Part shown: piece after piece, positions 26,455 to 36,740 of the stretch
How positions within the stretch are numbered: the stretch's first letter is position 1
Layout: each line of letters begins with the position of its first letter
Source of the DNA: Malacoraja senta
Lineage: Eukaryota
Direction: 5' to 3'
Assembly: GCA_038087875.1 (NCBI GenBank)
Contig: CM075987.1
Location: 24,306,001-24,370,000, forward strand
Length of the DNA stretch: 64,000 nucleotides
Position numbers and translations under genes: made by a program
The notes under the pieces: generated by a model
The model's database searches: none
Told to the model about the DNA's origin: nothing
What the model saw: the letters and a program-made list of their open reading frames with translations, nothing else

Positions 26455-27115
26455 CGACACACCAACACCTCTACTTCCTTGGAAGGCTTAGGAAGTTCGG
26501 CATGTCCCCAACAACCCTCACCAACTTCTACAGATGTGCATTTTATCAGGATGCCATCACAGCATGGTTTGGGAACAGCTGCAATCAAGGCTGCAAGAAA
26601 TTGCAGAGAATTGCGGACGCAGCTCAGACCTTCACAAACAAACAACCTCCCTACCTTTGACTGCGTCTACACTTCATGCTGCCTCGGCAAGGCTACCAGC
26701 ATAATAAAGGACCAGTCTCACCCTGGTCACTCCATCTTCTCCCCTCTCCCATCGGGCAAGAGGTACAGACAAGTGAAAGCGCGCACACATCCAGATTCAG
26801 GGGCAGTTTCTTCCCAGCTATTATCAGGCAACTGAACCAAACAACCAAGAACTGTGTAAGAAGGAACTGCAGATGCTGGAAAATCAAAGGTAGACAAAAG
26901 TGCTGGAGAAACTCGGCGGGTGCAGCAGCATCTAAGGAGCGAAGGAAATAGGCAATGTTTCGGCCCAAAACGTTGCCTATTTCCTTCGCTCCTTAGATGC
27001 TGCTGCACCCGCTGAGTTTCCCCAGCACTTTTGTCTACCAAGAACTGTAACTCGGTACACGTGACAAGAAACTAAATTAAACTAAGCTCAGCTAAACTAA
27101 ACTAAACTAAACTGA
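26455..27115 (+). mobile_element. Rex1/Babar-like LINE 3' fragment
   Basis: HQHLYFLGRLRKFGMSPTTLTNFYRC..TSRFRGSFFPAIIRQLN and (TAAAC)n tail. Confidence 0.75.
26856..27036 (-). mobile_element. PLE fold-back insertion inside a Rex1/Babar fragment
   Basis: 12-bp TSD ACCAAGAACTGT (26844-26855, 27037-27048); arms of about 75 bp. Confidence 0.85.
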
Positions 27116-29322
27116 AGAGACACCTCAGCTGTATTCTATTAATTTAACATGGAGAAGAGACCTTGTATATTTTCCTGCCCGTGTTCTGTGGTTGGTTGTG
27201 TATAGAGATGGGCTTAAGAAAGAAAGAAAGAAAGAAGGGAGGTTTTCTTGGTTGTGAGAACTGTATTTTAAATCAGTGAACATTGATGCATAGAGAGCGG
27301 AGTAGTTGCTTTAATGGAGCCAAGGCTGTCACAGTGTGGTGACATAGAGAGATCATAATTTCAGAAGTTGGGAGTGTAGAAGTTCTATGAACAATCCTGT
27401 CGCACTCAGTCAACACATGTGGTGAGGAAAAGATAACCATCTCCTTAAGTGTCAGTCATTTTGTTTATAGATCTATTTAGACGCTCTCCCGCTGCTGCCT
27501 ACATTCCCCACTGCTGCTTTCTTTTACATTTCCCCTTGACGTTTTGATTGATGTTTCGGAGTTTTCCAGGGCAGTTTACACTTTTCCAAGAAATCGGGCT
27601 TTGATCAATCCTCTGCGAAACGGTTTGCGTATTTATGTAAGAGATGCAACCCGTTTAAAGCAGTCGGTGAATTGCTCCCAGACTGACGAAGGACAATTGC
27701 TATTGCAGGTAGGGTGTAACGTGATCATCCCACAATAATTATGTACTTTGCACCTTCTGTAGCGTTAGCACATTTGAAGAAACCTCATGCCCAAAGTCTG
27801 AATCATAGTAAGAAGCGCGATAAAAAATTCCCATCTGTTTTTCCCAAATGTTTTTATTCCATTTACGTCCTCTTCTTTTGGCACCGTATTCCATTCAGTG
27901 CCAGAGTCTGGGAAGGGCCACCATCACAGACTCTTTCCTTGATTGCAAGGAAGCGTATTTTCCCTCCTGGGATAAATAAAGTTCTATCGTATCGTATGGC
28001 CAACACTCCAGACTGACTTGCAGAATCTTCTCCACCTTTTTCTTCCCGTGCTGAAATATTTCATCCTCACCAACTCGCTCCACTAAGAAGGGCAGTGCAG
28101 CGGGTAGAGCTGCTACCTCGCAGCGCTGGGGACCCAGGTTCGATCCTGACCTCGGGAGCTGTTTGTTGTAGCGTTTGCATTTTCTCCCTGTGACCTGCGT
28201 GGGTTTACTCCAGGCTCTCCGGTTTCCTCCCACGTCCCAAAGACGTGTGGGTTAGTGGGTTAAATGTGTAGGAAGGAACTGCAGTGCCGTTTTATACCAA
28301 AGACACAGGTCAGGCAGCATCTCCGGAGAAAACGAACAGGTGATAGTTAGGGTCCAAACAAGGGTCTTGATCCAAAACGACACCTATTCCTTTTACCCAG
28401 GGATGCTGCCTGACCCGCTGGGTTACTTCAGCAATCTGTATCTATCTTGAGTTTGTAGGCTAATTGGCTCCTGTAAAATTGACCCTGCTGTGTAGGCAGT
28501 GGTGTGTGAGTGGGATAGCATTGACCAAGTATGGACTCGGTGGGCTGAAGGGCCTGTTCCCATGCTGTATCTCTAAAACTGAATTCATATATCAAATCAT
28601 CGTGCCTCTACGATGTTCCAAATCATCCCACTAAAACAATGGGACTAGAGTTAATATTATTGTCACAGTTTGTAACATCTGATTTGGGCACCTTGAAGTG
28701 AGAACATCAATCTGACAAGCTGATACTGTAAAGTAATTGATAGACTCTGGTTATAAGAGAGCTCTTATAACTAGAAATCTTTCTTAATACAATTATAACA
28801 TGTTAGGATGTAGATAGTTACATTAAATAATGATTGTAAGGAAATCTTTTCATCACATGACAGTTGTCAAATGATTAATTGATTGAAAGATACAGCAAGG
28901 AAACAGGCTATTCAGCCCATCAGATCCATGCTGACCATTGATCACCCATTCATACTAGTTCTACATTTTCTCACTTTCACAGCCATTCCCTACACACAAG
29001 GGGCACTTTACAAAGGCCAATTACCCTACAAACCCGCACGAATATGGGATGTGGGAGGAAACCAGTACAACACGAGGTCACAGGGAGAACGTGCAAACTC
29101 GACACGTACAGCACCTGAGGCCAGAATCAAGCCCGGGTCTGTGGGGCAGCAATTGTGGGATACTGAAGAAGTTACTTCAGGTCAATTCCGGCAGCTTTCT
29201 GTACAAGATATGCTAATGGGGCAATCATAAATATGACAATGACAACAAAACATTTGCGTTTCCTGCCAACTTTAACGAGTGATAATCAAGAAAAATCCGG
29301 GAAATTTGGAAAATCGGGAAAA

Positions 29323-29550
29323 AAGGATGATACAGTGGCTAAGGATGATACAGTGGCTAAGGATGATACAGTGGCTAAGGATGATACAGTGGCTAAGGAT
29401 GATACAGTGGCTAGGATGATACAGTGGCTGATACAGTGACTAAGGATGATACAGTGGCTAGGATGATACAGTGGCTAAGGATGGTACAGTGGCTAAGGAT
29501 GATACAGTGGCTAAGGATGATACAGTGGCTAAGGATGATACAGTGGCTAA
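29323..29550 (+). repeat. 18-bp minisatellite (AAGGATGATACAGTGGCT), about 13 units
   Basis: Direct tandem copies without spacers; runs into the HE1 SINE head. Confidence 0.95.
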
Positions 29551-29567
29551 GCGGTAGAGTTGCTGCC

Positions 29568-29710
29568 TTCTTCTTCTTCTTGCGTATGGTGTACACAGCC
29601 TAAAGTTGTAGGACAACTTGTTCTATTTGATCTAATTGGATTGTGCACGCCAGGTTGACTGCATTAGTTGAAACAGGGCGGACCACGTGAAGGTTGCAAT
29701 CTCCCACCCC
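29568..29710 (-). mobile_element. 143-bp non-autonomous retroposon with 5' HDV-like ribozyme and (GAA)n tail
   Basis: 10-bp TSD AGTTGCTGCC (29558-29567, 29711-29720) inside an HE1 SINE head; (GAA)4 tail; 3' stem-loops. Confidence 0.85.
29657..29710 (-). ncRNA. Minimal HDV-like (CPEB3-like) self-cleaving ribozyme
   Basis: GGGGUGG-GA-GAUUGCA-ACC-UUCACGU-GGU-CCGCCCU-GU-UUCA-ACUAA-UGCAGUC. P1 is 7 bp with a G1.U wobble, P2 7 bp, P3 3 bp, 7-nt L3, J4/2 with the candidate catalytic C at 29667, P4 nearly absent. Confidence 0.8.
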
Positions 29711-30008
29711 AGTTGCTGCCTGACAGAGCCAGAGACCCGGGTTCGATCCTGACTAGGGGTACTTGTCTGATAGAGTTTGTACCTTCTCCCCGCGATCTGC
29801 ATGGGTATTCTCCGGGTGCTCCGGTTTCCTCCCACATCCCAAAGTTGTGTAGGTTTGTAGGTTAATTGGCCTCTGTAAATGATCCATAGTGTGTAGGATA
29901 AGAACCGGTGTGCGGGTGATAGCTGGCCGGCGTGGACTCGGTGGGTCGAAGGTCCTGTTTCCATGCTGTATCTCCATACTAAACTAAACTAGATCGAATT
30001 GGGAAATA

Positions 30009-31629
30009 CAGTGGCTTGCAAAAGTTTTCATACCCCTTGAACTTTTCCACATTTTGTCACGTTACAACCACAAACGTAAATGTATTTTATTGGGATTTTA
30101 TGTGATAGACCAACACAAAGTGGCGCATAATTGTGAAGTGGAAGGAAAATGATACATGGTTTTCAAATTTTTTTACAAATAAAAAACTGAAAAGTGTGGC
30201 GTGCAAAAATATTCAGCCCCCCTGAGTCAATACTTTGTAGAACCACCTTTCGCTGCAATTACAGCTGCAAGTCTTTTGGGGTATGTCTGTCTCTACCAGC
30301 TTTGCACATCTAGAGACTGACATTTTTGCCCATTCTTCTTTGCAAAATAGCTCAAGCTCAGTCAGATTGCATGGAGAGCGTCTGTGAACAGCAATTTTCA
30401 AGTCTTGCCAAAGATTCTCAATAGGATTTAGGTCTGGACTTTGACTGGGCCATTCTAACACATGAATATGCTTTGATCTAAACCATTCCATTGTAGCTCT
30501 GGCTGTATGTTTAGGGTCATTGTCCTGCTGGAAGGTGAACCTCCGCCCCAGTCTCAAGTCTTTTGCAGACTCTAACAGGTTTTCTTCCAAGATTGCCCTG
30601 TATTTGGCTCCATCCATCTTCCCATCAACTCTGACCAGCTTCCCTGTCCCTGCTGAAGAAAAGCATCCCCACAGCATGATGCTGGCACCACCATGTTTCA
30701 CAGTGGGGATGGTGTGTTCAGGGTGATGTGCAGTGTTAGGTTTCCGCCACACATAGCGTTTTGCATTTAGGCCAAAAACTTCAATTTTGGTCTCATCTGA
30801 CCAGAGCACCTTCCTCCACATGTTTGCTGTGTCCCCCACATGGCTTGTGGCAAACTGCAAACGGGACTTCTTATTGCTTTTTTTCAACAGTGGCTTTCTT
30901 CTTGCCACTCTTCCATAAAGGCCCGATTTGTGGAGTGCACGACTAATAGTTGTCCTGTGGACAGATTCTCCCACCTGAGCTGTGGATCTCTGCAGCTCCT
31001 CCAGAGTTACCATGGGCCTCTTGGCTGCTTCTCTGATCAATGCTCTCCTTGCCCGGCCTGTCAGTTTAGGTGGATGGCCATGTCTTGGTAGGTTTGCAGT
31101 TGTGCCATACTCTTTCCATTTTCGGATGATGGATTGAACAGTGCTCCGTGAGATGTTCAAAGCTTGGGATATTTTTTTATAACCTAACCCTGCTTTAAAC
31201 TTCTCCACAACTTTATCCCTGACCTGTCTGGTGTGTTCCTTGGGCTTCATGATGCTGTTTGTTCACTAATGTTCTCTAACAAACCTCTGAGGCCTTCACA
31301 GAACAGCTGTATTTATACTGAGATTAGATTACACACAAGTGGACTCTATTTACTAATTAGGTGACTTCTGAAGGCAATTGGTTGCACTGCATTTTATTTT
31401 GGGGTATCAGAGTAAAGGGGGCTGAATACTTTTGCACGCCTCACTTTTCAGTTTTTTATTTGTAAAAAAATTTGAAAACCATGTATCATTTTCCTTCCAC
31501 TTCACAATTATGCGCCACTTTGTGTTGGTCTATCACATAAAATCCCAATAAAATACATTTACGTTTGTGGTTGTAACGTGACAAAATGTGGAAAAGTTCA
31601 AGGGGTATGAATACTTTTGCAAGCCACTG
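30009..31629 (-). mobile_element. Full-length Tc1-family (DD34E, IR/DR type) DNA transposon, Passport-like
   Basis: TA duplication at 30007-30008 and 31630-31631; CAGTG termini; 213-bp inverted repeats (30009-30221, 31417-31629) with about 3 mismatches and inner/outer direct repeats; internal transposase ORF. Confidence 0.97.
30213..31250 (-). CDS. Tc1 transposase, frameshifted near the C-terminus
   Basis: Paired-like N-terminus; WSDETK, FQQDNDPKH and SPDLNPIENLW motifs with 34 residues between the second D and E. A 4-bp duplication (TGTC TGTC, 30284-30291) replaces the normal YPKRLAAVIAAKGGSTKY* end, which remains in the shifted frame (stop 30227-30229). Confidence 0.93.
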   Translation of the reverse strand: MKPKEHTRQVRDKVVEKFKAGLGYKKISQALNISRSTVQSIIRKWKEYGTTANLPRHGHPPKLTGRARRALIREAAKRPMVTLEELQRSTAQVGESVHRTTISRALHKSGLYGRVARRKPLLKKSNKKSRLQFATSHVGDTANMWRKVLWSDETKIEVFGLNAKRYVWRKPNTAHHPEHTIPTVKHGGASIMLWGCFSSAGTGKLVRVDGKMDGAKYRAILEENLLESAKDLRLGRRFTFQQDNDPKHTARATMEWFRSKHIHVLEWPSQSPDLNPIENLWQDLKIAVHRRSPCNLTELELFCKEEWAKMSVSRCAKLVETDIPQKTCSCNCSERWFYKVLTQGG

Positions 31630-32515
31630 TATATGCTGTAAGATGGTAATACACAAATGCTAAAGGCATCTGGAAATTCTCTCTGCACTTTAGTGGAGGT
31701 ATGAACTAATTTATTTTCAACATGTCTCTGCGGCTGCTAAGTGAGTGAAGAGAGGGAGTTCGGTTAAAAGGATCAAGTGTCTTTTCCCAATATATCATGT
31801 TATAAGTGATAGGAGCAGAATTAGGCCATTCTGCCCATCAAGTCTACTCCACCATTCAATCATGGCTGATCTATCTCTCCCTCCTAACCCCATTCTCCTG
31901 CCTTCACCACATAACCCCTGACACCCGTACTAATCAAGAATCTATCTCTACCGTAAAAATATCCATTGACGGCCTCCACAGCCTTCTGTGGCAATGAATT
32001 CCACAAATTCACCACCCTCTGACTAAAGAAAATCCTCCTCATCACCTTCCTAAAGGAACGTCCTTAAACTCTGATACTCGGACCTCTGGTCCCAGACTCT
32101 CCCACTAGTGGAAACGTCATTATATGGTTTCACGGCCATATTCACACATCTCAACTGCAAAGATCGCGAGGAGCTTGTTTCTCTTTTCTCTGGAGCATAG
32201 TGTTTGTACGTATGTACGAGAGCGTATGATGCAGCTTCTTAAAGATGCACAACATAGAAAGAGGGGTGCTGACTGAAAGCAGGCAAGGTGGGTGAAGCCA
32301 AGATTTAGAAGGCGTGATGTAATGCTCCTGTTTTTTGTCTCTCCCTTTGTTTTTGTTTCAACGCTTCACGTCTTAATTTGTAATGAGGAGGGGTGGGAGG
32401 AGGAGAACATTTGCATGACTTGCTAAAAGATTGATTTCCATTGCCTTAATTACTCATTGGATCTCTGTGTGTGACGTCTCCGCACACATTACACAGCGCT
32501 TGCCTGGAACTCTTA

Positions 32516-32931
32516 AGGGCCTGTCCCACTTCCACGAGTTATTCACGAATTCTCCCGAGTTTTCCCCTTGATACAAACTCGCAGGATGTTCGTAACGAGT
32601 CCATAGGAGGCCGTAGGAGTTCGTCGATATATCGTAGCGGCCCGTTACGCCAGCCGTAGGTACTCGTGTCATCAGGTAAGTCAGGACGTTTTTTCCTGCC
32701 CGATATAAAATGTCCACGAGTGAAAAAATGGTCGGGATGAAAGAAATTTGTATTCGTAAGGGGGGCATCGAAATAGTTGTGGGAATTCGTAGACATACTC
32801 GTAGGAGTTCGTAAACATAGTCGTGGAAGGTCGTAGGAGTTCTTAGATTACCACGATCTTGATTTTTTTTTTTTCGGTCCTTTAAACTCAGCAGAGGTTT
32901 TGAATTAAGTCGTGAAAGTGGGACAGGCCCT
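32516..32931. mobile_element. PIF/Harbinger-type MITE, subfamily C
   Basis: TIR AGGGCCTGTCCCACTT; TTA TSD; TCGTA-rich interior. Confidence 0.8.
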
Positions 32932-33223
32932 TTAGCTCCGGCTGTAAGCAGGGCGCTCATTGTTCTGCCACTGTACCTTCTACCCCTACACATCCTGCGA
33001 TCCAATGTGTCTGTTCAGTTTGGATTTCAGTTTAATTTATTGTCACATGTGCCGAGGTACAGTGAAAAGCTTTTGTTGCGTGCTAACCAGTCAGAAGAAA
33101 GACAATGCATGATTACAATCAAGCCATTCACAGTGTACAGATACATGATAAGTTACGTTTAGTGCAAGGTAAGGCCAGGAAAGTCCGGTCAAGGATAGTC
33201 CGAGGTTCTCCAATGAGGTAGAT

Positions 33224-33354
33224 TGTAGTAGCCATTTAGCTTAACTCAGTATGTTATAATTATAACCAGTTACTTTTAATTTTATCTGCCTGTAATTATT
33301 AAAGATAACTGGTTATAATTATAACATACTGAGTTGAGCTAAATGGCTTCTACA
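33224..33354. mobile_element. 131-bp fold-back MITE with TGT..ACA ends and 5-bp TSD (Ginger-like?)
   Basis: 49-bp TIRs (47/49 identical); TAGAT duplicated at 33219-33223 and 33355-33359 within a Rex1/Babar 3' UTR. Confidence 0.8.
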
Positions 33355-33647
33355 TAGATATTAGTTCTGGACTGTAGTTGTGGTAGGATGATTCAGTTGC
33401 CTGATAACAGCTGGGAAGAAACTGTCCCTGAATGTTACGCTTCTGTATCTTTTGCCTGATGGGAGAGGGGGACGAGGGAGTGGCCAGGGTGCGACTCATC
33501 CTTGATTATGCTGCTGGTCTTGCCGAGGCAGCGTGAAGTGTAAATTGAGTCAATGGAAGGGAGGTTGGTTTGTGTGATGGTTTGGGGTGCGTCCACAATT
33601 TGTTGCAATTTCTTGCGGTCTTGGATGGAGCTATTCTCAAGCTGTGA

Positions 33648-34402
33648 TAGAATAGAATAGAATAGAATAGAATAGCCTTTTATTGTCATTCAGACCGAAG
33701 TCTGAACGAAATTGAAGCAGTCGTACATAAAACAACAATAAACACACATTAACATCCACCACAGTGAGTCCACCCAACATCTCCTCACTGTGATGGAGGC
33801 AAAAGTCTTAGGTCTCCAGTCTCTTCCCTCCTCTTCTCCCTCTGCGCTGAAGCGATACCCCAGGGCGATGTTTCCCGGCTCAAACACCGCGGCCCGGGGT
33901 GGTCGAAGCTGCCGCCCACCAGTCCTGCAAACGCAGCCGCTGGCCCGCGGCCGAACCCCGGACTCAGGGCACCACCGCCAGAACACCGTCCCAGCCACCC
34001 TCACGTGAGTACCATCTTCAGCCTCGGTCTGGGCCGCCCCGACATGAGCATCGCTTCTCCCTCGGGCCGGGCCGCCCCGACATGGGCGCCGTACCTCCCT
34101 CGGGCTGCGAGCGCCGCACCTCCCCGAGCTCGGCCGCTCCAACGGGAGCCTCGTTCCACCCTTGGGCTGGCCGCCCTCACGAGAGCCCTGTCCACAACCT
34201 CTCACGGGAGCACTGTTCCAGCCCTGAGCCGGACCACCCTCACGGGAGCGAGCTCAGGGCGAGTCCTGACGGGCTCTGCCTCCGGAGCCTCGAGGTCATC
34301 AGCTCCATTTAGGCCTCAGCGCAGACGGAGGCAGAGAAGGGGAATACGACAAAAAAAGTCGCATTCCCCCGCAGGGAGAGACTGCAAATCCCGTTTCATC
34401 CC
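33648..34402 (-). mobile_element. GC/CpG-rich non-coding retroposon with (TTCTA)n tail
   Basis: Minus-strand 3' end AATGACAATAAAAGG-(CTATT)n; interrupts a Rex1/Babar fragment at a GTGAT site. Confidence 0.65.
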
Positions 34403-35214
34403 GTGATGAAATGTTAAAATGCTTTCTACGGCACATCTGTAGAAGTTGGTGAGAGTTGTTGAGGACATGCTGAACTTCCTAAGCCTTCTCAGGAAGTAGA
34501 GGTGTTGGTGTACTGTCTTGGTCGTTGCTTCAATATGGGTGTCCCAGGAGAAGTTGTTGGTGCTATTGACTCCTAGGAATTTGACGTTTTCGACCATTTC
34601 TACTTCGGCACCACCAATGCAAACTGGGCTATGTGTACCCCTTGTCCCCACAAATACCACAGTGTACAAGATGACCGCTGGTTGGTGCGGACTTTGTAGG
34701 TCCCTCTCACCTACAAGAGAGAGCTAGATAGGGCTCTTAGAGATAGCGGAGTCAGGGGATTATGGGGAGAAGGCAGGAACGGGGTACTGATTGGGGATGA
34801 TCAGCCATGATCACATTGAATGGCGGTGCTGGCTCGAAGGGCCGAATGGCCTACTCCTGCACCTATTGTCTATTGTCTATTGTCTAGACTTTTGACATTT
34901 CCACCCTGGGGAAAACCTTCTGACTGTCTATCCTACCCTATGGCCTTCATAATTGTATATTTAAGAGGGAGTTTGATGTGGCCCTTGTGGCTAAAGGGAT
35001 CAGGGGGTATGGAGAGAAGGCAGGTACGGGATACTGAGTTGGATGATCAGCCATGATCATATTGAATGGCGGTGCAGGCTGGAAGGGCCGAATGGCCTAC
35101 TCCTGCACCTATTTTCTATGTATCTATGTATCTATATACTTCCTTCAGATATAATAATTTATTTCGGGTAGTTTGACTTGGATTGCGGATGGTGTTGCAA
35201 ATGGACCTTTAGAC

Positions 35215-35512
35215 TTTAAAGATACAGCATGGAAACAGGCCCTTCGGCCCACCGAGTCCGCACCGACCAGCGATCCCCGCACATTATCCGACACACACAC
35301 TAGGGACAATTTACATTTACATTTGTACCAAGCTAATTAAGCTACCGACCTGTACGTCTTTGGGGTGTGGGAGGAAACCGAAGATCTCGGAGAAAACCAA
35401 TGCGGTCACGGGGAGAACATACGAACTCTGTACAGACTAGCACCTGTAGTCAGGATTGAACCCGGGTCTCTGGCGATGTAAGGCAGTAGCTCTACCGCTA
35501 CGCCACCGTGCC
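35215..35512 (-). mobile_element. HE1-type SINE
   Basis: Full-length family match. Confidence 0.85.
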
Positions 35513-36414
35513 TGCCAGAGCTAACAGGTCCCAATGGTCTGCTCTTGCCTTTGACCCCCATGCTCTTTGTTCATGCAGCTGCAGTCTGTTGTATACCTGT
35601 GTTCCTGCTCTAAGGTGAATGTCTCCGTTGCATGCCCATCACACTCAATGCAGGGAGACAGCAACCTCTCTCCGATGAGAGTACAGCAATGCCCTCTCTC
35701 GCTGCTCCCCCTCTGTGGTTCCTCCTGCTCTCCGGCTCTCCGCCACTTTTTACATACTGTACCTCTCATTCCTTTGTTCCTTTTCATACCTGTAGTTTCC
35801 CCCCCTCCCCTGACTGGGAAAATATCACTGGAGGGTTGTGAGTGATCCCAGTCAACAAGGGGTTCGACCCGCAGTGGTCACTCACAGACCTCAGTTTGGT
35901 ACAAAACACCATCCGGACTTGGGTGGTGGGTGTATGGAATGAGCTGCCAGAGGAGGTAGTCGAGGCTGGGCGCTGCATAGGAAGGAACTGCTGATGCTGG
36001 TTTATAACGGCGATAGACACACAGTGTTGGGAGTAACTCAGCGGGGCAGGCAGCATCTGTGGAGAACATGGATAGTTGACGTTTCACACAGTGTTGGAGT
36101 AACTCAGCGGGGCAGGCAGCACCTCTGGAGAAAAGGAGTAGGTGACGTATCGGGTCGGAACCTTCTTCGGACCCTTTTTCTCTGGAGATGCTGCCTGACC
36201 CGCTGAGTTACTCCAGCTTTTTGTGCCCATTTTAGGAGCTTGTGAGCCAGTTTTCTGTTGTACCCAATTACAGGAGCGATTATAGCATTTCAAATTTCTG
36301 CTTCAACTTAATCTTCTACTTCATAAAAAATGTACGATACCAGTGGATTTTTAAGCAATGACATCATGCAGTTTCTGCATTTATTCTTGTGAATTAATAT
36401 ATTATATATGTATT

Positions 36415-36740
36415 AGTTTAGTTTAGAGATACAGCGCGGAAACAAGCCCTTCAGCCCACCGAGTCCGCACAAACCAGCAATCCTTGCACGTTAACACTAT
36501 CCTACACACACAGCATACTAGGGACAATTTACAATTTACACTTCTACCAAGCCAATTAGCCTACAAACCTGTACATCTTTGGAATGTGAGAGGAAACTGA
36601 AGATCTCGGAGAAAACCCACGCAGGTCACTGAGAGAAGGTACAAACTCCGTACAGACAGCACCTGTAGTCAGGATCAAACCCAGGTCTCAGGAGCTGCTA
36701 GCGCTGTAAGGCAGCAACTCTACCGCTGCGCCACCGTGGC
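36415..36740 (-). mobile_element. HE1-type SINE
   Basis: Full-length family match. Confidence 0.85.

Larger units (their letters stand above)
29540..29990 (+). mobile_element. HE1-type SINE interrupted by the ribozyme retroposon
   Basis: A-box region, insertion, then B box GGTTCGATCC, V-domain body and (TAAAC)n tail. Confidence 0.85.
33030..34640 (-). mobile_element. Rex1/Babar-like LINE 3' fragment carrying two nested insertions
   Basis: VKFLGVN..HQHLYFLRRLRKFSMSSTTLTNFYRCAVESILT (34316-34669 ORF) and the family 3' UTR. Confidence 0.75.

Noticed and set aside
29323..29550. CRISPR-like array or miR-27-like sequence
   Set aside because: Head-to-tail 18-mers with no spacers and no hairpin precursor; eukaryotic minisatellite.
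33690..34406. Overlapping GC-rich ORFs of 133-171 aa
   Set aside because: Open frames expected from high GC inside a repeat; no domain recognised.
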